64,000 bases of DNA from an uncultured Candidatus Saccharibacteria bacterium (GCA_964468825.1 CAYXWO010000001.1:3234-67233), one strand, 5' to 3'; shown: positions 9,750 through 19,900, counted from the first letter of the stretch. The notes: generated from the sequence alone by a model not told the origin. Numbers and translations: made by a program.

Positions 9750-9953
9750 GAGGGTATACTGGGCGAGCAGGCCGCTCTCGTGGTGTTCTGCGAAAAAACC
9801 AAGGCAACTTGCAACCTCTGCCACACCTTAGGCGAGGTATACATTCGGGTAGCGAGACCTCTCAGAATTTCTGATTGCGTCGACATACCGAAGGTTCTCA
9901 CTTCCAAGACAGACCAAGATCCTTCCCGAGGCCGCTCACGCGGCCTCTTTTTT
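9749..9953 (+). ncRNA. candidate structured ncRNA of unknown family, ending in a terminator
   Basis: Non-coding, GC-richer tract with hairpins CAAG-GCAA-CTTG, CCTC(T)GCC..GGCGAGG, GAGACCT..AGGTTCTC and TCAGAA-T-TTCTGA; terminator GAGGCCGC-TCAC-GCGGCCTC-T6 at 9928-9953. Confidence 0.35.
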
Positions 9954-10015
9954 ATGTAATTAGTAATGCAAAAGGGAGCACGAATGCTCCCTTTCTCACC
10001 ATTGGCCGTGAGACC

Positions 10016-10399
10016 TCAGTATTTGCGCGGACCGATGCGGTAGCACGCGATGTTTGCTACTAGATTCGCCACACCGAACGTCTTCGTCGCTTTGTTGAAG
10101 GCGAGATAGAGGAACGGCTGAAGAACTTCGGGCAGCTCATTGAAGTCCGTGGATGCCCAGTGATGACGGACCTCTTCGGTGACGTCGTCTGAATGGTTGA
10201 CCATGAAGCAATTCGTTTCCTCGAACCTGCAGGACTCAAGCACCGGGACCAGGTTCAGTACGCCGTCGATGACATCTCTGGTCTCTTCGAAAGTCATTTT
10301 GTACCAGAAGTCGTCATAGCCTTGGCCGTACCCGCAGAGGAATAAGACGTTTGGCAAGTACGAAGGGCTCATCGCCCTGGAGTTCATTGCGGTTGTCAT
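10016..10399 (-). CDS. hypothetical protein (orphan)
   Basis: 127-aa ORF with GC-richer codons; TTGACT -35 upstream on the minus strand; hairpin AAAGGGAGCA..TGCTCCCTTT downstream. Confidence 0.65.
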   Translation of the reverse strand: MTTAMNSRAMSPSYLPNVLFLCGYGQGYDDFWYKMTFEETRDVIDGVLNLVPVLESCRFEETNCFMVNHSDDVTEEVRHHWASTDFNELPEVLQPFLYLAFNKATKTFGVANLVANIACYRIGPRKY

Positions 10400-10555
10400 A
10401 GAGATCCATTTCTTTTCTGACGTGACGTGTCAGCCTGGCTCTAAACTATTCCAAGCTCAAGTAAAAGTCAAACGTCTAGACCCGCGTTCATAATGGAAAG
10501 AGATGAAGGAATATGTTAGAATTCGCGAATCAATAACTTCTAATTTATATTATTT

Positions 10556-10603
10556 ATGTCACTCTCAATCGGCATGGAGCGAACACAAACCAACATTTCT
10601 TAA
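10556..10603 (+). pseudogene. ychF: displaced original 5' end of ychF (attL)
   Basis: ATG TCA CTC TCA ATC GGC ATG = MSLSIG, the canonical YchF N-terminus, then diverges (MERTQTNIS*). Upstream TGTTAGAAT extended -10 at 10514. Confidence 0.85.
10562..10575 (+). repeat. attL core
   Basis: CTCTCAATCGGCAT matches CTCTCCATCGGCAT at 25264-25277 (13/14; ATCGGCAT identical). Confidence 0.88.
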
Positions 10604-10791
10604 GTGTTGGAAATGAAAAACTTATACCGTTCCAGTTCAACATCAAGTTGCCTTTAAAATTAAATAGTTACGAGTAGGGGGGTAGGGCCATGCTCTTTTC
10701 TAAGAAAACTCTTCAAAATATCCCTCACTGTTTCAAAGCGAGACCATTTTTAGAAATTGGTAATGTGCACTTTGATATACTTAGGATATAC

Positions 10792-11151
10792 ATGACAACA
10801 ATTAAGCAGAAAGTAGCACTAGAGAAACTAGTGGAAAACGGTGGTAACGTCACAAGAGCAATGATAGATGCTGGCTACTCAGAAGCAACAGCGAACAATC
10901 CCTCAAATTTGACTCATAGCGAGGGTTTTAGGTCTTTACTTAAGCAATATGGATTAGATGAAAGCTTAGTTGTTACGGCCCTTGTAGAGGATATTAAAGG
11001 TAAGCCATTGAATAGATCTAAGGAACTACTTCTTGCCTCAGAGATTTTAGGCATGAGAAAAAACGGAGCTCTCTCAATCAAAGTTCAAGATAATAAACCC
11101 GTAATTGTATATATGCCGCAGGTTCTCATCGAGAAGTTTCATCTTAATTAG
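10792..11151 (+). CDS. small terminase-like HTH protein (copy 1)
   Basis: TIKQKVALEKLVENGGNVTRAMIDAGYSEATA resembles the TerS N-terminal KQ..N(A/V)TxAAxxAGYS motif; start moved to ATG 10792, just after a TATACT box. Confidence 0.6.
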   Translation: MTTIKQKVALEKLVENGGNVTRAMIDAGYSEATANNPSNLTHSEGFRSLLKQYGLDESLVVTALVEDIKGKPLNRSKELLLASEILGMRKNGALSIKVQDNKPVIVYMPQVLIEKFHLN

Positions 11152-11300
11152 ACTCTTCTATTTTGATGTCTGTACACAGCATCCATAAGGCACAACAAAG
11201 CGTTTAACTCAGAGTAGGCTTTGTCGTTACTTATCTCAGTGCCATACTCTTGTCTGTAAATTTCCTTGTATCTCTCAATGTCTTTTTGAGCTATTTGCAT
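11148..11300 (-). CDS. small helical hypothetical protein, 50 aa (not in the ORF track)
   Basis: MQIAQKDIERYKEIYRQEYGTEISNDKAYSELNALLCLMDAVYRHQNRRV; converges with the upstream gene with a 4-nt overlap. Confidence 0.6.
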   Translation of the reverse strand: MQIAQKDIERYKEIYRQEYGTEISNDKAYSELNALLCLMDAVYRHQNRRV

Positions 11301-11376
11301 GTTATTTAAAAATTTATTATTTTGGCTATATTTTATGCTACTATATTAGAATCTAAAGACTCGTTTTAAAAGTAAA

Positions 11377-12789
11377 ATGACAAAAGAAGAAATAATTAAG
11401 AAGATAAAATACGGACTTGAAATAGCAAGTGAGCTTTCTGATCTTGAATTTAAAACAGCGACCAGCTCTATTCCAAATGATATCTGGCGAAGTATTTCAG
11501 CTTTTGCAAATCGAAGAGGTGGAGGCCTCATTGTCTTTGGAGTTGATGAGAGACAAAATGCAATCACTGGATGTGCAAATATTGATCAAATGCAAACAAA
11601 ACTCACAGAGATTTTTAATGACAAGATGAGTTTTATTTTGCGTCCTGAGTACCATGTAATCGATATTGATAATAAAACGATTCTTGCGGTAAATATTCCT
11701 GAGTGTCCAAAAGATTATATGCCTTGTTATTTTAAAAACGTAGGATTGCCCAACGGAGCATACATCAGAGAGGGGAATACGAGTAGAAAAATAACAGACA
11801 ACGAGTTTCGTACTTATGTTGCAACATCAAAAGAATTTCAATTTGATCTTTCCGAAGCCAGAGGGGCTAAGAGGGGTGATATTTCTGTAGATAAAGTCGA
11901 TGCGCTTTTACGGCAGAGTGAGTCTCAATTAAATAGGGGAGCTGATCACATTGTTAATGATTCTGTACTTGAAAATCTTGGAATAGTTTCTTTGTTCGAT
12001 GGTGAGTATAAGCCAACAATTGGGGGTTATTTAATTTTCGCAAAGGACATTCCTCAAAATAAAAGCCCTTATGATCGATATGCTGTGAGATGTATTCGTT
12101 ACATTGGTAGTGATCCTTCATCTGAGATAATTGATACTATTGATGTCGCCGGAACGCTTGATACTCAAATTGATGAAGCGTATAAATTTATCTTAAAAAA
12201 TATCTCTAAAAAAGCAGTCATTGTTGGAACTAAAAGAGTCGAGGGCTACGAGTATCCAGAGGCAGCTATTCGAGAACTTGTTGCTAATGCGGTTATACAT
12301 CGTGATTATAAAATTATTGAAACGTACACACAGATTAGAATTTTCCAGGATCGCATAGAAATTACTAATCCGGGATCGCTCCCGCCTGGAGTTAATGTTG
12401 ATAATCTTAAAGAAGCTCAGTTCAGTCGCAATTCAATGATTGCAGCAAGGTTGAAAGATATGAAATATCTTGAAGAGTACGGACGAGGTATTGATATTGT
12501 TGTTAAAAAAATGTCTGAATGGAGTTTGCCTTCACCTCTATTTAGAAATTCTGTAAACAGTTTTGAAGCGATACTCTTAGGTAATACTTATCAAGATATT
12601 AACGATAGACAAATAAAAATTATTGATGTTCTTTTGATTAAAGGTCGTTTGACTGCTGCTGACTGTTTGAAGATTCTAAAGGGAATACCTCGTGCGACAA
12701 TAAATGCAGATCTTAAAAAACTAAAAGACCTCGGTGTTATTGTCACAAAAGGTGCATCTGTGAACACGTATTACATGCTCGCTTTCTAG
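11377..12789 (+). CDS. Schlafen/AlbA_2 domain + HATPase_c_4 (RecG-C-like) + wHTH protein
   Basis: LEFKTA, ISAFANRRGGGLIVFGVDE (AlbA_2); YPEAAIRELVANAVIHRDY, IEITNPGSLP, EEYGRGI; C-terminal HTH ATINADLKKL. Confidence 0.85.
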   Translation: MTKEEIIKKIKYGLEIASELSDLEFKTATSSIPNDIWRSISAFANRRGGGLIVFGVDERQNAITGCANIDQMQTKLTEIFNDKMSFILRPEYHVIDIDNKTILAVNIPECPKDYMPCYFKNVGLPNGAYIREGNTSRKITDNEFRTYVATSKEFQFDLSEARGAKRGDISVDKVDALLRQSESQLNRGADHIVNDSVLENLGIVSLFDGEYKPTIGGYLIFAKDIPQNKSPYDRYAVRCIRYIGSDPSSEIIDTIDVAGTLDTQIDEAYKFILKNISKKAVIVGTKRVEGYEYPEAAIRELVANAVIHRDYKIIETYTQIRIFQDRIEITNPGSLPPGVNVDNLKEAQFSRNSMIAARLKDMKYLEEYGRGIDIVVKKMSEWSLPSPLFRNSVNSFEAILLGNTYQDINDRQIKIIDVLLIKGRLTAADCLKILKGIPRATINADLKKLKDLGVIVTKGASVNTYYMLAF

Positions 12790-12993
12790 AAGCTTTTAGA
12801 AGCAATTTAAAAATGTATTGAAAACAAAGAGTTAATTATGCTTATTCTGGTCCTAATTATTTAGATGCGATTAGAAGCATTTCTTTCGGTCCAAAAATAA
12901 TCTAAAAAGTAAAAGGCACCCATTTAGGGTACCTCTCATGTCTAGTATTTACAGTTTACGCAACAGCGGTGCCTTAAATCAAATGGCAGGGAT

Positions 12994-13383
12994 TTAGATA
13001 ATTTCGATCAATTTAAGGAGTTCTTTCTCTCTTTCAGCTTTCAGTATTTGAGCACGCTTAGAAAGCTCTATGAGGGAGAATGGAGGTTTGACATTCATAT
13101 CCATTGTCTCCTTTGGTTTGCCTATTACTTGATTGAGGAGAAAAGCAGCGACTCTTGGGTCCGGTAATTGACGGTAGACAACCTTCTCTCCATTTTCATC
13201 CTCGGTCTCGTAGTAGGACCCTTTAGCAAGTTCAATCTGACCAGTCAAAATCGGCTCTAGTTCTTCAGCTATACGCGTAACAGCATATTTCCTCGCTTCC
13301 TCAGCTTTGATGCTTGCTAAGCCTCGTTTACGGCCCGCGCCAAGCCTTCTACCTCCTCGTGTCGTTGTTATCTCCATATCCAT
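12994..13383 (-). CDS. phage-type DNA-packaging/terS-like hypothetical protein
   Basis: N-terminal GGRRLGAGRKRG motif; DPRVAAFLLNQVIGKPKE C-terminal motif (DUF5681/terS-like). Confidence 0.5.
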   Translation of the reverse strand: MDMEITTTRGGRRLGAGRKRGLASIKAEEARKYAVTRIAEELEPILTGQIELAKGSYYETEDENGEKVVYRQLPDPRVAAFLLNQVIGKPKETMDMNVKPPFSLIELSKRAQILKAEREKELLKLIEII

Positions 13384-13510
13384 ATTATATTACAAAATAA
13401 GGCGATTTTATAGCATAAAAGAATTGATTAAATCAAATAATCAAAATCTTTTAATTTAACAACATAAATAAATATTGCTATAATTTACCTTGATACATAA
13501 ATACTAAAAT

Positions 13511-13978
13511 ATGAAATTTGAGACCCCTAAATTTGAGACACCTAACTTTTTGAAAGAATTCACCATAAGTGAGGCACAGCAAGTGTCTGAGATTTTTAAA
13601 ACTAACCCACATGTTCGCTCTGTTAGTTTGATAGGAGCTGTAAAACAAACACAAAAAATGCACTCCCTGCGTTTTGTTATTGAAGTTGATAGTGATGAGT
13701 TGTTTCATAATTTCGCAGAAAGCTTTTCAAAAGAAAAAGGTGATGCAATTATTGCACCGGAGAGACGATTAGAAGCACTTTCACGCGTACTCGGAGACGA
13801 TTTACTATTTAAGATTGATGAGAGTTTTACTCATGATAAACATGCAGGAAATTTCATTGATGCAGTCATCGTTCCGCCAGGTTGGCAGTCAAAAATTGAC
13901 TTTGTTCAAAGCCGATTACCCTTTGACGATATAACGACAGCTGAACTTATTGATGCACTTAAACTGTCAGAATCATAA
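13511..13978 (+). CDS. hypothetical protein, possible degenerate minimal nucleotidyltransferase fold
   Basis: VRSVSLIGAV...LRFVIEVD...IDAVIVP echoes the MNT strand pattern but lacks the GS and DxD residues. Confidence 0.6.
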   Translation: MKFETPKFETPNFLKEFTISEAQQVSEIFKTNPHVRSVSLIGAVKQTQKMHSLRFVIEVDSDELFHNFAESFSKEKGDAIIAPERRLEALSRVLGDDLLFKIDESFTHDKHAGNFIDAVIVPPGWQSKIDFVQSRLPFDDITTAELIDALKLSES

Positions 13979-14085
13979 TTAAGTGGAATTATTACCGAAC
14001 CTAGATTACCAATGCCTATTGACAAAACTATATAATGTGTGCTATAATAAAAAGAACAAAGCTCTTTAACTAACGGAGGTGTGTC

Positions 14086-14577
14086 ATGGAGGGAACTCCT
14101 TTGCTTATTTCGTATCTTAGCTTTTTCTTCCAAGCCTGGAAGAAAGCTTACAACCTCGGCTGGATATTTCACCGGATGGTGGAAGCTCACGGCATAGAGG
14201 TTGCGCTAGCCTTTTTTAAGGAGGCTGAAGCAGCAGGCTACCCACTGGTAGCGAAGGCTACTCGCGCGCACGCTGGTACTCCGTTCTTCTTGACGGTGGT
14301 CAACAAGAGGTTCTCTGATTGGGTGTTTGCAAAGACCCCAACAGAAGAAACTTTTGTGAAGAACGTTCTTGCGAACGCGCAAAGGCTTCAAGCCACAGAA
14401 GAGATGTGGGGTGCGGCCAGCAAGGAATGCGCAGAAGATCTGCGTCAACGTGGGTGGGAAGCACTTGATACCTTAGGTGGAAAGACCAAGGGGCTCAAGA
14501 TGAATCAGCTTCGCTACGATACTCGTGGGCGTAGGACCGGCAAGGGCGCACCAGAAAGAACCTGGGCAAAAAAATAA
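14086..14577 (+). CDS. hypothetical protein with its own promoter, SD and terminator
   Basis: TTGACA 14019, TGnTATAAT 14043, SD GGAGGT; terminator AAGTCGACC..GGTCGGCTTTTTTT near 14609-14638. Confidence 0.7.
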   Translation: MEGTPLLISYLSFFFQAWKKAYNLGWIFHRMVEAHGIEVALAFFKEAEAAGYPLVAKATRAHAGTPFFLTVVNKRFSDWVFAKTPTEETFVKNVLANAQRLQATEEMWGAASKECAEDLRQRGWEALDTLGGKTKGLKMNQLRYDTRGRRTGKGAPERTWAKK

Positions 14578-14677
14578 GAAGATTGCAGTTTGCGCACTGC
14601 ATTCAGAGAAGTCGACCTGTCCCGGTCGGCTTTTTTTTGTTACACTTTCAACATACTTAAGTTAAAATTATCTATCT

Positions 14678-17600
14678 ATGAACGACGAAGCACCTCGCCA
14701 CCCTTGGGGGTTTAGCGCTAACACAGAAAAGCCTCCAGTAGAATTAAGCGCTCTAGCTAAGGAGTGTGGTGTTTCTGAAAAGGAAATACGTGAAGTATTA
14801 ATAAAATTAGGATGTGCAAAGCCGGAGCGTAAAGATGTACTACGCCCGCGATCTGGTAAGCCTGCAATACGAAAATCGACCCTTACTTGCTTATCTGTAG
14901 ACGCAGAACAGGTGAGAAGATATTATAAAATCGAAAATGAATCCCCATCAGTAAATGAAAATGAAAAAGAGGTAACTCAAGATAACAAACCGCCTAAAAA
15001 CTGGCCTTCGCTCGGAAGATTAAGAATAAAATTGGGGCTTGAAAGAAGTGAAATTAGGTCTTGTCTTCATGAGGTGACACTATCTGGTTTGCGCTCTGGA
15101 TTAGCAAATACTCCATTTGGAGCTTTGGTGCAGAAAAGTACTTCAGAAATGACAGTTGAATATAATGGTGTCACTTATATTTCGCCAGAAGTTGCTGAAA
15201 GACTTACAGAGTTGTCTACAACAATTTTCAGAAAACGTGATGGAGGAAAGTATCTAGATGCTTCACAAGCAATTCAGGAGCTAGGACTCGCTGATGGTAA
15301 GCCAGAAGATGCGAATGAAAAATTAAAACAGGAAATAGACAATTTTCTACAAAAATATCCTTGGTTATCTAAGGAGATAGTTGAAAAAGCAGATATTGCT
15401 GGTGGTCCTGCTACAATATACTATTCAAGAGATTTGCTTTCTTTTATTCGTAAGATAAATGAAAGCGATAATAGCTTTGTGACTGCAACTGAAGATGTTC
15501 CGGAAGGGTATATATCTGAGCGAGACATAATAAACTCGTTAGAGCTATTTCCTTCTAAGTTAGAAGTACTTAAAAAGAAAGTTTTGACAGAAGTCACTCT
15601 AGAGAAACCTATTGTTGGACTTTTCAAGCCGGGGAGTAAAGCAAAAAAAATTGAATATTTTTATTCACCAGAGCTTTTTAAAAAAATTAGTGAACTAAAG
15701 ATTTTTGACGAATCTCTACGCGAAGAAACTCTCGACGAAAGTCAGGGAGAACTGATCGTATTTGATGTTGAAACAGAAACACCAGAAGGATATATTTCAA
15801 AAAGAGAGTGTATTTCTATACTGGACATAACCCCCGAAAAATTCGAGAGATTAGTCATGGAGGTGTCCCAGCATCATCCTGAATTTTCTCGCCCAACAGT
15901 AGCTATACCCAGAACAAATCGCTCATTGCGACCACGAATTTTTTATTCGCAAGAATTAATCAAAGCTATTTCTGAATTTAAGACAGCAAATGAAAAAGAC
16001 TCTCCAGTAGAAATAAAACAAGAGGCTATTCCAGAGGGTTATATATCTCTACTTGATTGCACTATTAGTTTAGGTATAAGCGCAAATAAAGTTCAACAGT
16101 TGGTAGATGAATGTCTTTATCTTCGACCAACACTAAAGCAAGAAGGGGTAATAAACAGAAGAAGAGGACAGTCTCGTGGCCTCAGTGTGTTTTACTCGCC
16201 TGAACTCGTGTCAGCAATAACTGAACTAAAACAAAAAAATGATAAACTTCAACGAGAAAAAATTGAAGATGCCCAGAGAATCCTAGAAGAAACAATAAAA
16301 TTAAAAGAAAGGCTAGCTTCTGTGCTCGATGATATAAGTCGAGGTTTGCCTGAAACCGCTCCCTTTAGGAGGGCTGTATCACTTTTCGGCGGAGCAAGAA
16401 CAATAGATCTTCTTAAAAAATTCTACCCCGAATTTGTAGAAATTCCAGCTCAATATATGCAAAAGGAGGTCGCTTCGTACTTAAGTGACTATATGGTTTC
16501 TCGTTCAGAAAATGTTATTGAAGACCTGGACGCAGCAGTACCCTTCCTTCATGAGAAAGTTTTTAGTGAGACCCTGTTTACTATCTTGAAAAATAACTGT
16601 GCGATCTACTATAGCAAAAAAAAGAGAGAGTCACGAGAGCGGACAGACCAGGAAATTCTAGATGAGTACTACTTAATATTGGAGCAAAAAGCTGAGTTAC
16701 TCAAGAGTAATGAACTTAGAGTGGTAGTTAAAGGCATTGAGGAATATATACAGTCATTACTTAATGATTTTCAAAAACCTGAAGCAATTGTCGATGAACT
16801 TAATGCTGGAAGAGAATTCCCTGACCTAAATCAAATTATTAATATCAAAGAGGTTGCAGATAATAGACATGTATTGATTGGAGATGAGATGGGAATGGGG
16901 AAAAGTGGGTCGGCTATTTTATCGAAAGAATACCTCGGAGTAAGTACCGCGATCGTCATTGCCCCAAGCAATGCAATTGATATGTGGAAAGAGTACTTAT
17001 CTGCTAACGTATCTCCATCTGGAAAGCAAGTCGGGTACTTTAAACCAGGGAAGGCACCTCGGGTTCTTGAAATTCAGAGTGTTGACGACTTAAGTAAAGC
17101 ACGAAGTCAGGAATACGATTATGTCCTTATATCTCACGATCGAATTAGTGAAGAACTAGCAACTAAATTAAGAGAGGTATCTTACGAGATGGTAATTGTT
17201 GATGAAGCGCATAAATTCAAAAATATTACTGGAGGCAAAAGATCTAACGCCTTGCTGGGCATGTTAGAGGATTGTGAAGATAGAGATACATACACAGTAC
17301 TCCTTTCGGGTACGCCAATTCCAAATAAAATTCGAGATATGGCTATAATTTTAAAATTATTATACCCAGACAGATTTGGGCATATGGATAACAACTTATT
17401 GGTTTCAAGTATTATTAGAGGAGATCTCACTGATTTGCGTGAGTTACTTCTATTAAGGACTCAGATGAAAAAACTATCTGAAAGTATTCAAATGCCGAAA
17501 AAAGAGGAACGGTTGGACTTTGTAACTTTATCTGAAGGAGAAAGGGAGCTTTATCAGGTAGTAATGGAAGATGATCAAATGAATTCCATGGAAAGGCTTT

Positions 17601-19261
17601 CTGCTTTACGTTTGTTTTGTTTAAACCCGAGGAAAGTCTTTCCAGATAGTAAGATGGTAGGTTCAAAAATTACTGAGGCAGAAAGTAGTATTGCTACTTT
17701 TTTTGAAACAAAAGATAAACTAGTTTTTTTTGTTAATGGGTATGTTTACGGAGTCATACGTGGCGAAAATTCAGTGTTATCTCAAATGAAAATGCCTGAA
17801 GGGGTTACGGTAAGAATTATTGATGGAGACACCTCACGAGAGGAGCGCCGTGAAATTGAACAAGAATTAAAATATACAAGTAATGGAAAGATTTTACTCG
17901 TGGTAAATGGTGGGGCCGCTGATGTTGCTGTCGATTTCTCTGCGGCAGAAGGGGTGCAATTTTACAATGAGCCTTGGACAAAATTTGATAAAATGCAACA
18001 GACATCGAGAGTTTATCGGCCAGGATTAAAACATGATATTGAAGTCGGAACATCGGTAACAAGGGGTTCTGTTGAGGAGGGGATGCATTATTATATTGAA
18101 ATGAAATACCGTGCCGTTGTAAAACTTCTTGAAGGGATACCTCTGTCAGAAATGGAAAAATCACTCCTTCTCCTAGATGAAAAGGCGTCAGATGTTGTTT
18201 CAGTTGATAAGGATTTTGGATTTGCTGAGGAGTGGCTCCAGACTCCGATGGGTAGACTTAACAGGTTTTCTAAAATGACGAAAGAAATCGGTGAAAAGGA
18301 ATTTGTTTCAAGATTTCTTCCAGAACATGGGGAGGCATACGCTTCTTTCTACGAAGAGTTGGAGACTCATAGTTTCGAAGCAAATACCGCTCGCTTTGTG
18401 GCTACTCTAATTGAAGAGTATCGAAAAGAAAAAGATCTTCCTGTTGATATAACTGTCTTGGATTTGGCATCTGGTCCAGAAATGTTACGAAAACGCATGC
18501 GAACTGAAACAAATGAAAATGTGTATAGCCTCGACATAAACCCAGAACACTTTAAAGGAAGAGGTGGTAAACAGGTGGTTGGAGGTCTTACTAAACTTCC
18601 ATTCCGTGATTCTTCAATAGACTATGTAAATTTATCTCACTCACTTCATTATTCGTCTTTTCGACCAGAAAAAGGAGATTATGAAAGACTGACTGTCTTA
18701 GCAGAGATTTCAAGAGTTCTTAAAGTTGGTGGCAGAGTCACGATTAATTTGGCGCATACTCAGAGCTTTAGAAGTCTGGAAAGGTTGGGTGAGATAGCAG
18801 ACGAAATGGGGCTAACAATCATCAATGCTAAAACTGGACTAGTTGTATCTGATAATAATTATATGTCACCATGTGTAACATTTGAAAAAGTAGAAGAGAT
18901 AGACCTGTCTTCGACATTGACTGAACTAAAATCTAGAAGAAGGTACACACTCTACGGATTACGTCTAGACACTCATCGGGCAACAAAAAAATTACATAGC
19001 ACTCAAAAAATCGCAAAGGATTTTTCTATCCATGGACAGACTATGGAAACGATTCTTAACAAGGAAGATATGGTTTTGCTAAGTGAACAAGAAGAAATAC
19101 AAAATGAGGGAGACAGACTTATAAAACAATATGGCGGAAGCGTAGCTTTGATTCCCAAAGAGGAAATTCAAGAACGAGGATTCTTACGCTACACTTCAGG
19201 TAATAAGAGCCGACTTGTAAAGAAAGGTAGTCATAGTAAGACCTTTATATATGTGAACTAA
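14678..19261 (+). CDS. N-terminal HTH-like repeats + SNF2-family helicase + class I SAM methyltransferase fusion
   Basis: Helicase motifs GDEMGMGKS (I), DEAH (II), LSGTPIPN (III), QQTSRVYRPG (VI). MTase motifs VLDLASGP, LPFRDSSIDYV, EISRVLKVGG. Repeated PEGYIS...FYSxEL units. Confidence 0.85.
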   Translation: MNDEAPRHPWGFSANTEKPPVELSALAKECGVSEKEIREVLIKLGCAKPERKDVLRPRSGKPAIRKSTLTCLSVDAEQVRRYYKIENESPSVNENEKEVTQDNKPPKNWPSLGRLRIKLGLERSEIRSCLHEVTLSGLRSGLANTPFGALVQKSTSEMTVEYNGVTYISPEVAERLTELSTTIFRKRDGGKYLDASQAIQELGLADGKPEDANEKLKQEIDNFLQKYPWLSKEIVEKADIAGGPATIYYSRDLLSFIRKINESDNSFVTATEDVPEGYISERDIINSLELFPSKLEVLKKKVLTEVTLEKPIVGLFKPGSKAKKIEYFYSPELFKKISELKIFDESLREETLDESQGELIVFDVETETPEGYISKRECISILDITPEKFERLVMEVSQHHPEFSRPTVAIPRTNRSLRPRIFYSQELIKAISEFKTANEKDSPVEIKQEAIPEGYISLLDCTISLGISANKVQQLVDECLYLRPTLKQEGVINRRRGQSRGLSVFYSPELVSAITELKQKNDKLQREKIEDAQRILEETIKLKERLASVLDDISRGLPETAPFRRAVSLFGGARTIDLLKKFYPEFVEIPAQYMQKEVASYLSDYMVSRSENVIEDLDAAVPFLHEKVFSETLFTILKNNCAIYYSKKKRESRERTDQEILDEYYLILEQKAELLKSNELRVVVKGIEEYIQSLLNDFQKPEAIVDELNAGREFPDLNQIINIKEVADNRHVLIGDEMGMGKSGSAILSKEYLGVSTAIVIAPSNAIDMWKEYLSANVSPSGKQVGYFKPGKAPRVLEIQSVDDLSKARSQEYDYVLISHDRISEELATKLREVSYEMVIVDEAHKFKNITGGKRSNALLGMLEDCEDRDTYTVLLSGTPIPNKIRDMAIILKLLYPDRFGHMDNNLLVSSIIRGDLTDLRELLLLRTQMKKLSESIQMPKKEERLDFVTLSEGERELYQVVMEDDQMNSMERLSALRLFCLNPRKVFPDSKMVGSKITEAESSIATFFETKDKLVFFVNGYVYGVIRGENSVLSQMKMPEGVTVRIIDGDTSREERREIEQELKYTSNGKILLVVNGGAADVAVDFSAAEGVQFYNEPWTKFDKMQQTSRVYRPGLKHDIEVGTSVTRGSVEEGMHYYIEMKYRAVVKLLEGIPLSEMEKSLLLLDEKASDVVSVDKDFGFAEEWLQTPMGRLNRFSKMTKEIGEKEFVSRFLPEHGEAYASFYEELETHSFEANTARFVATLIEEYRKEKDLPVDITVLDLASGPEMLRKRMRTETNENVYSLDINPEHFKGRGGKQVVGGLTKLPFRDSSIDYVNLSHSLHYSSFRPEKGDYERLTVLAEISRVLKVGGRVTINLAHTQSFRSLERLGEIADEMGLTIINAKTGLVVSDNNYMSPCVTFEKVEEIDLSSTLTELKSRRRYTLYGLRLDTHRATKKLHSTQKIAKDFSIHGQTMETILNKEDMVLLSEQEEIQNEGDRLIKQYGGSVALIPKEEIQERGFLRYTSGNKSRLVKKGSHSKTFIYVN

Positions 19262-19310
19262 AAAGAGGCCTTATAGATTGAATACCAAGAGAAGTATTTA
19301 CATCTACGAA

Positions 19311-19826
19311 CTATTTCTCAACTATAATTCTCATACCTGTTATAGGCTCTACGAAACGATTCGTCTGTTCAATTTTTGCAGTTGAGTAATTACCTTTTAG
19401 CTTATGGGCCATATCAAGAGCAGCTTTAATCGCTTGAGTGTCTGGCACAGCATAGAAGGCGAGTTTTGCATTCCCAGAGGGGCGAATCGAAATGACGTAA
19501 AGACCACAGGATTCGAGATGTTCTCGTATCTCAGTATCTTCAAGATTTTTATCAAAAGAGATATAGGTAATATGCTTTTGGTTAAATAGTCTCTTGTGTT
19601 GGTCCATGATGTACTCATTCGGAAGAAACTCTTCTAAAAGAGTGGTCCAGTTCTCAGAGCTTGTGAGCTTACTTGGTGTTTTAATCGTTGCTTCTGAGTA
19701 ACCTGCTGTACGCATAGCCATAGTCACAGACCCACCATTTTCCACTAAAGCTTTCATTGCCTTCCTCTGTTTCGTTGTAGCCTTTGCCTTAATGATTTTA
19801 ATTGACTTTGTATCACTATTTACCAT
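19311..19826 (-). CDS. small terminase-like HTH protein (copy 2)
   Basis: TTKQRKAMKALVENGGSVTMAMRTAGYSEAT, a clear paralog of 10792-11151; C-terminal ALDMAHKLKGNY. Confidence 0.62.
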   Translation of the reverse strand: MVNSDTKSIKIIKAKATTKQRKAMKALVENGGSVTMAMRTAGYSEATIKTPSKLTSSENWTTLLEEFLPNEYIMDQHKRLFNQKHITYISFDKNLEDTEIREHLESCGLYVISIRPSGNAKLAFYAVPDTQAIKAALDMAHKLKGNYSTAKIEQTNRFVEPITGMRIIVEK

Positions 19827-19900
19827 ACTTTAATGGTATCAAATTATTATATGAATCGCACTTTTTGAAAAGGTCTTACCAGAGTGGTACAATTCTAGAT

